DNA from: an uncultured Candidatus Saccharibacteria bacterium
Lineage (GTDB): Bacteria > Patescibacteriota > Dojkabacteria > B142 > JAFGMG01
Reading direction: 5' to 3'
Assembly (NCBI GenBank): GCA_964391325.1
Contig: CAYMJM010000003.1
Coordinates: 3,211 to 67,210 of the forward strand
DNA length: 64,000 nt
Made by a program: the position numbers and the translations under genes. The notes beneath the pieces were generated by a model. It did no database searches, was not told the DNA's origin, and saw only the letters and a list, made by a program, of their open reading frames with translations. Of this stretch, positions 9,920-18,645 are shown in pieces (position 1 is the stretch's first letter; every line of letters begins with the position of its first letter).

Positions 9920-10510
9920 ATGAAGCTATTATTTGTACGGCATGGAGAATCAGTAGATGATCTTACTGATCAGTATGGTGGTTGGGGAGACTTTGACTTA
10001 ACCCCCAAAGGAAAAGTGCAGATACAGGAAACAGCAGAGAAGATAAAGGAGTTGGGCATTTCGTTTGATAAAGTACTGACTTCTCCTTTATTAAGAGCTT
10101 GGCAATCAGGAATGGTTATTGCAAATACACTTTCTATCCCGCTTGAAATTTTTCTTTATGCAAAGGAAAAAAATGGAAATGGACTCTTATCAGGTATGAA
10201 TAGAGAAGAAGCTAGAGAGGACTATCCTGAGCTGGTAAATGCTTTGGAACAAGGTTATGTATATGGCGCAGAGCCACAAGAGATGTTTATCGAACGCGTT
10301 AAATTTTCTGTTTCAGTGCTGTTGGAAAAACAGGCAAAAGCCTTAATAGTTGTAACACATGGAGGATACATGGGTGCTCTATTTAAAGAAATACTACATT
10401 TAGAATATCAGAAGACTCATGATGGAGGATTTATTTTATTGGAAGGGGATCATACTGAGAGACTGAAAATTAACACAATAGATGGAATTGATTATAAAGG
10501 CCAGATCTAG
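9920..10510 (+). CDS. Histidine phosphatase family (phosphoglycerate mutase-like) protein
   Basis: N-terminal RHGES catalytic motif; 196 aa. Confidence 0.8.
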   Translation: MKLLFVRHGESVDDLTDQYGGWGDFDLTPKGKVQIQETAEKIKELGISFDKVLTSPLLRAWQSGMVIANTLSIPLEIFLYAKEKNGNGLLSGMNREEAREDYPELVNALEQGYVYGAEPQEMFIERVKFSVSVLLEKQAKALIVVTHGGYMGALFKEILHLEYQKTHDGGFILLEGDHTERLKINTIDGIDYKGQI

Positions 10511-11142
10511 GCTAATTGTAACAGATCCCGAAAGTCAGTAAAAAAATAGTCTGCTCTGAGACTTTTTACTACTTCGTCGATATATAGTTTCTGATTAACT
10601 TCAGGGTAGAATAAAGCTGTTGCTACCCCTGTATTCTTGCCTGCTAAAATATCTTTTTCTGAATCACCAATCATAATAGTTTCTTCAGGATGCGCAGCAA
10701 TTTCTCTCATGGCCTTTTCCAGAGGTTCTGGGTCTGGTTTGAATCTGGTGACATCATCGCCACATACTACAGTATCAAATAGATCCTCAAGTTTATTTAT
10801 TCCTAATGCCGGCTTTACCTCTGTACTGTAACTAGTAGATACAATAGCTAATTTTTTTTCCTTAGATTTTAAATCTTCCAGAGTTTCCTTTACATTCGGA
10901 TGCAGTGATACAGATTGCAAACTTGTAGAAACTCTTGGCATCAATTCTACATAAAATTCTTCACCATCCAGCCCATGCTTTTGTGGCCCCTCATAGCCAC
11001 CTCCAAAAAAATCACTAACAATCTGGTCTGAAGTTAGTAGAATATTCTTTTCTTTTAATAATAAATCATAAGCTCTCAGCCATAGAGATAGTGTATCTGC
11101 TAAGCATCCATCCCAGTCAAAAAGAAAGTATTGATATTTCAT
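10507..11142 (-). CDS. HAD-superfamily hydrolase (subfamily IA)
   Basis: Motif I FDWDGCLADT, C-terminal IMIGDSEKDILAG motif; 211 aa. Confidence 0.85.
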   Translation of the reverse strand: MKYQYFLFDWDGCLADTLSLWLRAYDLLLKEKNILLTSDQIVSDFFGGGYEGPQKHGLDGEEFYVELMPRVSTSLQSVSLHPNVKETLEDLKSKEKKLAIVSTSYSTEVKPALGINKLEDLFDTVVCGDDVTRFKPDPEPLEKAMREIAAHPEETIMIGDSEKDILAGKNTGVATALFYPEVNQKLYIDEVVKSLRADYFFTDFRDLLQLA

Positions 11143-11355
11143 AGGCGTGGTTCCAAATTATCCTACGATTATAGCTTAAGGCAATCACATTGTCCATGTG
11201 AGTTTACTATACATAACTTTTACTGTAGAATACTATCTGTCTATTTTTATATTTTTATTAAAGTGGAAAATAGCATAACTTCTTCAGATGACGAGCCTCC
11301 GCATTCGCGGTTAAGTGTAATTTCCCCAAAGTCTCAATACCAAACAGTCAAATTT

Positions 11356-12294
11356 TTGAAAACTCAAAAGTATCGGAGGAGTAACGTAGCTGACTTAGAA
11401 ATATATGTAGAACATGATATTACAAGGGCGGAAAGTTTATGGAATTTGTTCAGCCCGAAAAATTCTCTTTTTGATCTGTGGAGCTTTAGGTTGGCATTTT
11501 GGCAGGCTTATCAGCACCTACCTTATTTCGTGGTTGCGAAAGATAAAAAGATAAATATTGGCGTAATCCCTCTATGGTATGAACGGGATACCAAAAAATA
11601 TACTTGGTTTGGAAGCTATTGGCATGAGGATAACAATTTATGGATCACAAGCCCAAAATATATTAGACCAGTATTAGAGCATATACCAAAAGGTACTATT
11701 TTAAACTCTATCCTCCCTTTTTTGTATAGAAGTAAATTACTAGGCTTTGTTCCTGATGAGCCTAAATATGTTATTGATGTATATAAGTTTAGGTCGATCG
11801 AAGAGTATTTCTTGGCATTGCCGAAGAGGAATCGCGATAAATTGAAAGCTGATTATAAGAGGATAAATAAGCTATCGCCAAAACTAATTATCAATCGATG
11901 GAGTGATTTTGGTACTTTGATCAAATTGAGTCAACAAAGACTGGTAAGTATTGGGGAGATTCCTGACACATATGATAAAAGGAGATTATGTACATTTAGA
12001 AATATTATAAAAAATTCAGGAGAGCTGCAGGAGTATGAAGTTAAATTGTTGACTATAGAAATTGAAGGACAGATAGCAGCTGTTGATTTAATTTGTGTAT
12101 ACAATAACAGATATTATTCGATCAGGGGAGGAAACGACATAAAAAATTTCCCAGGTGTCGGTAATTATATACACCTTATGGAAATTGAAGATGCAATTAA
12201 GTTGGGTAAAGAAAAGGTCGATTTTCTTGCTACAGACTGTAACTGGAAACATAAGTGGACCAAACCAATGGCTCTTTATAAGTACGTAAGATAG
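11356..12294 (+). CDS. GNAT-fold Acetyltransf_6 / FemAB-CelD-like protein (start uncertain)
   Basis: C-terminal VDFLATDCNWKHKW resembles the FDFGRGDEPYKxxW motif of CelD/BioF2-like GNAT proteins. The track ORF begins at a TTG (11131) overlapping the upstream gene; no in-frame ATG in the first 300 nt; in-frame TTG at 11356 or GTG at 11263 are the candidates. Confidence 0.55.
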   Translation: MKTQKYRRSNVADLEIYVEHDITRAESLWNLFSPKNSLFDLWSFRLAFWQAYQHLPYFVVAKDKKINIGVIPLWYERDTKKYTWFGSYWHEDNNLWITSPKYIRPVLEHIPKGTILNSILPFLYRSKLLGFVPDEPKYVIDVYKFRSIEEYFLALPKRNRDKLKADYKRINKLSPKLIINRWSDFGTLIKLSQQRLVSIGEIPDTYDKRRLCTFRNIIKNSGELQEYEVKLLTIEIEGQIAAVDLICVYNNRYYSIRGGNDIKNFPGVGNYIHLMEIEDAIKLGKEKVDFLATDCNWKHKWTKPMALYKYVR

Positions 12295-12365
12295 GATAAG
12301 AATGCAAATTTGTTTGTATCTTGTCATAAAAATAATATAATAGCACTGCTGTTAGAGTATATTTA

Positions 12366-13511
12366 ATGTTCCTATTCTTTTTTGGACGCGATCAGGTTCT
12401 CTCGAAACTTGAGTTGACCATGGTTTTTAAAAAAGAAGGTGTTTTATTTGAGAAAGTTTATGAGGAAGAAAAATTTGTAATCATAGATTTTCCACGAATA
12501 CCAGATTTTGAGAAATTAATTTCCCAATTAGGCGGCACAGTGAGAATTGCAAAGGTATACTATGGAGCAGAAAAATTATCCGAGGAATTTGTAGACAAGC
12601 TGGATTTTTACTTCCCAAAAAATTTTAATTATGCGGTTGAGGGGATTAATTTGACTGTAGATGAAGTAAATGAAGTGGAAGGATATATTAAAAAAGCTAT
12701 TAGGCAGTATAAGTCTAAGGGTGTACAGAAGCATGCTACTCTCAGTATAGTAGTCCCCAGCAACTATTTCTCTTGGAAACTTGAAGAGGGTTTTGAGCTA
12801 TTTGTCCTGAAGATCAAAAATAAATACTTTTTTGCCCAGACACTGGAGTGTACCAATCCCAGACAATATGAATATAAAGACAATAAACGCCCTGTCCAAA
12901 AGCTCACCAGAGGCACGTCTTTTCGCCTGGCCCAGATGATGGTGAATTGCCTTGACCTGGGAAAAGGAAGAACCCTAGTAGATCCCTTTTGTGGAATTGG
13001 CACATTTCTTATAGAAGGTATGATAGCGGGATATAATGTTATAGGTATCGATAACGAGGAGGAAATGATACAAGCCTCTCTACGTAATATTGAGTGGGCA
13101 AGAAAAGAGTTTGGTTTAAGTACCTCCTATAAACTATTCACACAGAATGCGCAGGAAGCACAATTTGAAGCAGATGGATGTGTCTTTGAGCCTTTTATGG
13201 GACCGTTCATGACTAAGCTGCCAAATAAGCAAAGAGCCATTAAAGTAATGCAAAGACTAGAAGAACTTTACTTGGAGGTATTTGAGAATTTAAACAGATC
13301 TCTGAAAAAATTTGCACCTGTAGTATGCGTCCTCCCGTACTTGGAAACGCAGGATGGCGATATTATTCAATTATCTTCTAGATTTTTCAAAGGAATCAAA
13401 TTTGATATAGCTTCAATGTATGAGCATTTTCAGATAAACAATCCGATTGACTATGATACGCCTGCTGGATCGAGGATTAGAAGGAGGATATATCTTTTTA
13501 AAAAACAGTAG
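12366..13511 (+). CDS. THUMP-like tRNA (guanine-N2)-methyltransferase, Trm11/TrmN family
   Basis: SAM-MTase motif I LVDPFCGIGTFLIEG preceded by LTRGTSFRLAQMMVNC as in Trm11/TrmN; 381 aa. Confidence 0.7.
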   Translation: MFLFFFGRDQVLSKLELTMVFKKEGVLFEKVYEEEKFVIIDFPRIPDFEKLISQLGGTVRIAKVYYGAEKLSEEFVDKLDFYFPKNFNYAVEGINLTVDEVNEVEGYIKKAIRQYKSKGVQKHATLSIVVPSNYFSWKLEEGFELFVLKIKNKYFFAQTLECTNPRQYEYKDNKRPVQKLTRGTSFRLAQMMVNCLDLGKGRTLVDPFCGIGTFLIEGMIAGYNVIGIDNEEEMIQASLRNIEWARKEFGLSTSYKLFTQNAQEAQFEADGCVFEPFMGPFMTKLPNKQRAIKVMQRLEELYLEVFENLNRSLKKFAPVVCVLPYLETQDGDIIQLSSRFFKGIKFDIASMYEHFQINNPIDYDTPAGSRIRRRIYLFKKQ

Positions 13512-13512
13512 A

Positions 13513-14841
13513 ATGAGAACTTTGTATGATGAATATCGAGAAAAGCTTGCAGATTTTGTGAAGATTTCCAGTATTTCGATGGATAAAAAATACGAGGAAG
13601 AGCTAGAAGCGGCAGCTGAGTGGATTGAAGAGCTGCTGGATAACAAAGGATTATCAGTTGACGTGGTTGAGGGATATGGCAATCCAATTATAATTGCGGA
13701 TTATCAGGTGAGTAATTCTGCGGATACTTATTTGATATATGGACATTACGATGTTCAGCCAGCCAGCCAAGAGGCTGGCTGGCTGGATAATCCCTTTAAG
13801 CTAACAGAGTCTCAAGATAGACTGATTGCAAGGGGGGTAGTTGATAACAAGGGGCAAATTTTATTATACCTGACAGTGATTTTCGATTTGATAAAGCATG
13901 GAAAACTTAGGCACAATATTAAGTTTTTAATAGAGGGGGGAGAAGAGGTAGGATCCCCTAATATTGATAAATTTATTGAGAAGTATAAAGATACACTAAG
14001 CTCAGATTGTATTTTGATATCAGATGGGGCCATGCTAGGGGACCATCCAATCCTTGAAGTCGGATTTCGTGGTACCCTGAATGTGCACTTGATTTTGAAA
14101 ACTGCGGAAACCGATATGCACTCGGGAGAGTATGGTGGAGCTATCCCAAATGCTGCCCATGAACTTACTACGCTTCTATCAAAACTATATTTAAAAAATA
14201 GACAGATAAACATTCAAGGCTTTTATGATGATGTTCAATCAGTCAAGCCTCAATTTGCGCAACAGCAAAAAAGTGTAAGGTATAGCGTTGGAGAACTTAG
14301 AAAAAGTACGGGTGTGAAAGAAATTCTCACGGAGCCTAATCTAAGCATATTTTCCCAAACTGGAATGAGACCTTCTATAGAAGCTACTTCATTAAAATCC
14401 GGATATCTGGAAGAGGGTTTTAAAAATGCTATCCCTTCTCGTGCTGATGCGAAACTGAATATTAGATTGGTGCCCGCACAAAAACCTGAAAGAGTAGTAA
14501 CACTTTTGAAAAGGTTTATAGAGACAAAGTTACCTTCCTATGTTGAGTATCAGCTTCTCTCAACTGAATCTGATCATAATGAGCCCATAGTCATTAATAT
14601 TGATAATGATTACGCAAAAAAAGCAAAAAGGCTACTAAAAGAAGTTTATAAAAATCAAGTAATAGAGCACTATGTAGGAGGAACACTGCCTATCGTGAAA
14701 TATTTTCAGGATCTTTTGAAAATTCCGCAACTGTCAATTCCTCTTGCGAACCAGGACTGCCGTATGCATGGAGTAAATGAAAATTTTGAGATCAAGAAGA
14801 TTATAAAGGGTCTGGAATTTATCAAGCAATTTTTAATATAA
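13513..14841 (+). CDS. M20-family metallopeptidase (dipeptidase/desuccinylase-like)
   Basis: GHYDVQP and GVVDNKG metal-ligand motifs; start moved to ATG 13513 immediately after the upstream stop (the track start is a TTG inside the previous gene). Confidence 0.85.
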   Translation: MRTLYDEYREKLADFVKISSISMDKKYEEELEAAAEWIEELLDNKGLSVDVVEGYGNPIIIADYQVSNSADTYLIYGHYDVQPASQEAGWLDNPFKLTESQDRLIARGVVDNKGQILLYLTVIFDLIKHGKLRHNIKFLIEGGEEVGSPNIDKFIEKYKDTLSSDCILISDGAMLGDHPILEVGFRGTLNVHLILKTAETDMHSGEYGGAIPNAAHELTTLLSKLYLKNRQINIQGFYDDVQSVKPQFAQQQKSVRYSVGELRKSTGVKEILTEPNLSIFSQTGMRPSIEATSLKSGYLEEGFKNAIPSRADAKLNIRLVPAQKPERVVTLLKRFIETKLPSYVEYQLLSTESDHNEPIVINIDNDYAKKAKRLLKEVYKNQVIEHYVGGTLPIVKYFQDLLKIPQLSIPLANQDCRMHGVNENFEIKKIIKGLEFIKQFLI

Positions 14842-14895
14842 ATGCAATAAAAACATAAAAAAGTAGTTATTAGTTTACTTGGTTACATTCATAAA

Positions 14896-15078
14896 ATGAA
14901 TACAGAGTATTTTTGGTTTATTGCTTCAGGCATTTTCTGCCTTTTTGCAATTATTATTTTCCTTAGTGGAATTTATCTTTATCGAAAAGATCACAAATCC
15001 GTTTCAATTATTGCGATCTTGCTTTCTCTTCTTTTGACCTGTGCTTGCTCAACTTTTGTTACCGCTTTGTTAGTTTGA
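14896..15078 (+). CDS. Small two-TM membrane protein (hypothetical)
   Basis: 60 aa, two hydrophobic helices; weak support. Confidence 0.3.
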   Translation: MNTEYFWFIASGIFCLFAIIIFLSGIYLYRKDHKSVSIIAILLSLLLTCACSTFVTALLV

Positions 15079-15468
15079 ACCTTCTGCTTCTATAATGGAC
15101 AGTATTATCTCGCGTTTTCTGGGACCATCAAGCTCAACTACGATTACTCTCTGCCACATCCCTAATATTAATTTCCCCTCGTCAAAAGGCAGTAGTAGTT
15201 GCGGACCAATGATACTTGACATGATATGATCTGGCACATGATCTGGATTATGAGGATGGCGGTAGTTTAGCTTTGGTACCATCTCCACAAATGCATCAAG
15301 CATATCTAGATCTGTACCGGGATCAAGATCCGCTGTAGTTAAAGCAGCTGTTGTATGTAGTACAAGAAGATTACAGAGACCGCCAGTAGATGGAAGCTCT
15401 TGCTCTATAAGCTTAGTTATATCAATAATTTGTTTATTTTGCTGTGTGTTTATAATAATTTTCTTCAC
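15070..15468 (-). CDS. YjbQ/UPF0047 family protein (secondary thiamine-phosphate synthase-like)
   Basis: LHTTAALT, DPG, HPHNPDHVPDHI..GMWQRV motifs characteristic of YjbQ; 132 aa; overlaps ogg by 4 nt. Confidence 0.85.
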   Translation of the reverse strand: MKKIIINTQQNKQIIDITKLIEQELPSTGGLCNLLVLHTTAALTTADLDPGTDLDMLDAFVEMVPKLNYRHPHNPDHVPDHIMSSIIGPQLLLPFDEGKLILGMWQRVIVVELDGPRKREIILSIIEAEGSN

Positions 15469-16298
15469 TTTATGTTGTGTTTTCTAACGTATTCAAATAG
15501 AAACTGTCCCGCGTATGCGGCATAACCGTTGAAGTAATTCTTATACCATTTCCGCATTTGCTCGTAATTGAGTCTAGAGGAAAGGTTGTATAGCTTTATT
15601 AGAAATCTCTGCCCCCAGATGTCTAGAGGGGTGACGTTCGAAAAGCCAAGTGAATAAGTAAGTATACAATCAGCTACTTTCGGTCCTACACCTTCTAACT
15701 GTAGCAGATTCCCGCGTGCCTGTTCCTCGTCCATACTCTTAATTGTTTCGTTTATTTGGGCTTGGAGCAAGGAGTTCGCACTCCTTTTTATGTACTCAGC
15801 CCTATATCCTAGTTTTGCTTGTCTTAGTGTTTCTATAGGGGCGTGAGCAATTTCCTCTGTTGCTGGATATAAATAAAATCTGTGGAAATTTATCTTTATA
15901 TCTTTTCCTAAGTTCTTAGAAAGTAGTTTTCTACTTTGGCGAATAAGTTTGAGATTCCTATTAGTAGAGCTGATGAAATTTAGAACAGTTTGTTCAAAAG
16001 GCTGCCTAAGAATTTTAATATTACCAAATTCCTGAATAGCTTTAGTCACATGCAAATCTCTTCTGATCTCAGCTATAATTGTTTCATATGCTTCATCTAA
16101 AGCAAAGTATTTTTTTATCAATTGATAATTATCTTTCTGAGGGTAGGTTTGCCATAGAATACCAGTCTGTATAGGCTTGATCCTGATAATAGCTTCCTGC
16201 GTACTTGCAAAGTACTCATCATCAACCGGCTCCCAGTTGAAGTCTTGTCCGCCTAGTAAAGTTATAGGAAGGTTGTAGTTGAATTCCAATTCATTCAT
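15465..16298 (-). CDS. ogg: 8-oxoguanine DNA glycosylase/AP lyase (Ogg family, HhH-GPD)
   Basis: HhH-GPD element LQLEGVGPKVADCILTYSLG...PLDIW with catalytic Lys and Asp; 277 aa. Confidence 0.8.
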   Translation of the reverse strand: MNELEFNYNLPITLLGGQDFNWEPVDDEYFASTQEAIIRIKPIQTGILWQTYPQKDNYQLIKKYFALDEAYETIIAEIRRDLHVTKAIQEFGNIKILRQPFEQTVLNFISSTNRNLKLIRQSRKLLSKNLGKDIKINFHRFYLYPATEEIAHAPIETLRQAKLGYRAEYIKRSANSLLQAQINETIKSMDEEQARGNLLQLEGVGPKVADCILTYSLGFSNVTPLDIWGQRFLIKLYNLSSRLNYEQMRKWYKNYFNGYAAYAGQFLFEYVRKHNIK

Positions 16299-16364
16299 AC
16301 AAATAATTCTAACATGTCATCAATATAGTTTTGCAGAAAGTAGAGAATTGAATTATCATTAGTT

Positions 16365-17654
16365 ATGGAATTGATAGTAGATTTACACATACACTCACAC
16401 TTCTCTCGGGCAACCAGTAAAGAGATGAACATAGCATCTCTTTATAGGTGGGGTAAGATAAAGGGAATTAACGTCATTGGTACCGGAGATTTTACACATC
16501 CACTTTGGTATAAAGAGCTTATGGATAAGCTGGAGCCTGCCGAGCCAGGATTATTTAGACTTAAAGAGGAGTATGCCAAAGAGCAGGATGACCAACTTCC
16601 TGAGATTTTAAAAGGGAAGTTAATCAGGTTTATCCTCACAGTTGAAATTAGTAATATTTACTCGAAAAACAATCAAGTACGTAAACTCCATAATGTACTT
16701 ATAGCTCCAAGTTTCCAAGCTGTTGCAGAAATAAATGATAGGCTTTCCAAAATCGGAAACTTGAAAGCGGATGGGAGACCAATTCTAGGGCTCGATAGTA
16801 AAGAACTGCTTCGGATTTCTATGGAAACCAATCCTGATAACTTTTTTATTCCAGCTCACATATGGACACCCTGGTTTTCTATGTTTGGCTCAAAATCAGG
16901 CTTCAATGCTATCGAAGAAGCCTTCGAAGAATTATCTCCAGCAATAAAAGCAGTTGAAACTGGTTTATCTTCTGATCCATACATGAACTGGAGAATCAAT
17001 GAGTTGCAAAACGTGACTTTGGTTTCTAATTCAGATGCTCACTCTCCTTGGAAGCTGGGAAGGGAGGCTAATACACTAGATTGTAAGTTGTCTTATTATG
17101 AAATTATTAATGCAATCAAAAAAGGAGATGAACGCTTTATAGGAACAATTGAGTTTTACCCTGAGGAAGGAAAATACCATTATGATGGACATAGAGTCTG
17201 TAAATTTCGCTGTAACCCAGAGAAAACAAAAGATTTAAAAGGAATATGTCCCAAATGCGGGAAGCCTTTGGTCGTTGGTGTGCAGAGTAGGGTATCTGAA
17301 TTATCGGACAATCCGTTTGATTACAGACCTAAAACATATAAAAAGGTTGAGTATATCATTCCACTTCCAGAGATTCTTTCCGAATTACGAGGAGTCAAGA
17401 ATCCACAATCCAAAACAATTAATAGTATGTATGAAGAAATGTATTCGAAATTAGGAGACGAGTTTAGTATACTCCGTATAGTTCCAATAGAAGAAATTCG
17501 TACTGCTGGATTCAGTGCTATCGCAGAAGGGATAAGCAGGATGCGACAAGGTAAAGTAACAGTTGAACCGGGCTATGATGGTATTTATGGAGTTATCAGA
17601 GTTTTTGAAGAAGGAGGAACAGAAAGAATAACAGGACAGCAAAAATTACTTTAA
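16365..17654 (+). CDS. Endonuclease Q-like protein (PHP domain plus C-terminal Cys4 zinc finger)
   Basis: N-terminal DLHIHSHFSRATS PHP motif, NSDAHSP, and C-x3-C-x11-C-x2-C finger (CKFRCNPEKTKDLKGICPKCG); 429 aa matches EndoQ architecture; divergent from ogg-yjbQ. Confidence 0.65.
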   Translation: MELIVDLHIHSHFSRATSKEMNIASLYRWGKIKGINVIGTGDFTHPLWYKELMDKLEPAEPGLFRLKEEYAKEQDDQLPEILKGKLIRFILTVEISNIYSKNNQVRKLHNVLIAPSFQAVAEINDRLSKIGNLKADGRPILGLDSKELLRISMETNPDNFFIPAHIWTPWFSMFGSKSGFNAIEEAFEELSPAIKAVETGLSSDPYMNWRINELQNVTLVSNSDAHSPWKLGREANTLDCKLSYYEIINAIKKGDERFIGTIEFYPEEGKYHYDGHRVCKFRCNPEKTKDLKGICPKCGKPLVVGVQSRVSELSDNPFDYRPKTYKKVEYIIPLPEILSELRGVKNPQSKTINSMYEEMYSKLGDEFSILRIVPIEEIRTAGFSAIAEGISRMRQGKVTVEPGYDGIYGVIRVFEEGGTERITGQQKLL

Positions 17655-17700
17655 ATATAACCATCCTATTGAAAAATAAAATATTTTTTATGATAAATAT

Positions 17701-18627
17701 ATGTATAAAATAATTGGACATTTATCCCCAGATACTGATTCTACTTGTGCTCCTATTGTTTATGCTTGGTATCTAAGGCACAAAGATATGGACGTAAAGC
17801 CTTTTATTACGGGAGATCTCAACCGTGAAGCAGCTTATGTGCTAGAACATTTTGGTGTAGCCAAACCGGAATTACTAGAATCGCTCAGTAAAGAGGATAA
17901 ATATTTTCTAGTCGACACAAATAACCCTGAAGAACTTGTAAGCGGATATGATAAAGCTGAGTTAATGGGAATAGTGGATCACCATAAATTAGTTGGTGGA
18001 TTAAACACTGAATCTCCAATTCATATTACTATCCGTCCAGTTGCATGTACGATGACAGTTATCTGGGAGTTGATGGAGAGAGATGGTATTACAGATATTC
18101 CGCAGGATGTGGCTGGGCTTATGCTGGCTGCTATTCTTTCAGATACGTTAAAATTTACCAGCCCAACCACTACAAATATTGATAAAGAGATCGCAGAGAA
18201 GCTGGCAGATATAGCAAGGGAAGATATGGATAAGTTAGCGGAGGAGATGTTTGCTGCAAAATCTAACTTAGAAGGAATGTCAGCTAAAGACATACTATTA
18301 TCCGACAGCAAGAAATTTGACTTAAATGATAAAAAGCTGAGGGTATCAGTGCTGGAAACTACGAAGCCAGAAAATTCACTAAGCCTGAAAGAGGGTCTGC
18401 TTGATGCCATGCAAGAGATAAAAGAAGAGGAGAAGTTGGACGGATTTTTCTTCTTTATCGTGGATATTTTGAATACAGAATCTCATTTAATAGTACCAGG
18501 AGAATTTGAGGTAGAGCTAGCACAAAAAGCTTTTGAAGGCAGGTTTGCGGATAAGGCGATGCGACTGCCAGGAGTTGTTTCGAGAAAGAAGCAAATGATA
18601 CCGAATATTCAAAAAACACTGTCTTAA
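17701..18627 (+). CDS. ppaC: Manganese-dependent inorganic pyrophosphatase (family II, DHH/DHHA2)
   Basis: N-terminal IGHLSPDTDS, DHH motif (VDHHKL), 308 aa. Confidence 0.9.
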   Translation: MYKIIGHLSPDTDSTCAPIVYAWYLRHKDMDVKPFITGDLNREAAYVLEHFGVAKPELLESLSKEDKYFLVDTNNPEELVSGYDKAELMGIVDHHKLVGGLNTESPIHITIRPVACTMTVIWELMERDGITDIPQDVAGLMLAAILSDTLKFTSPTTTNIDKEIAEKLADIAREDMDKLAEEMFAAKSNLEGMSAKDILLSDSKKFDLNDKKLRVSVLETTKPENSLSLKEGLLDAMQEIKEEEKLDGFFFFIVDILNTESHLIVPGEFEVELAQKAFEGRFADKAMRLPGVVSRKKQMIPNIQKTLS

Positions 18628-18645
18628 AACTGCAGAAAGACTAAA

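Noticed and set aside
11131-11355. ORF-track N-terminal extension of the GNAT-like gene beginning at TTG 11131
   Set aside because: Overlaps the start of the convergent... actually divergent HAD gene region and encodes low-complexity sequence with no in-frame ATG; start placed further downstream, though exact start remains uncertain.
18021-18410. 129-aa minus-strand ORF inside ppaC
   Set aside because: Serine-rich antisense frame of a high-confidence gene.
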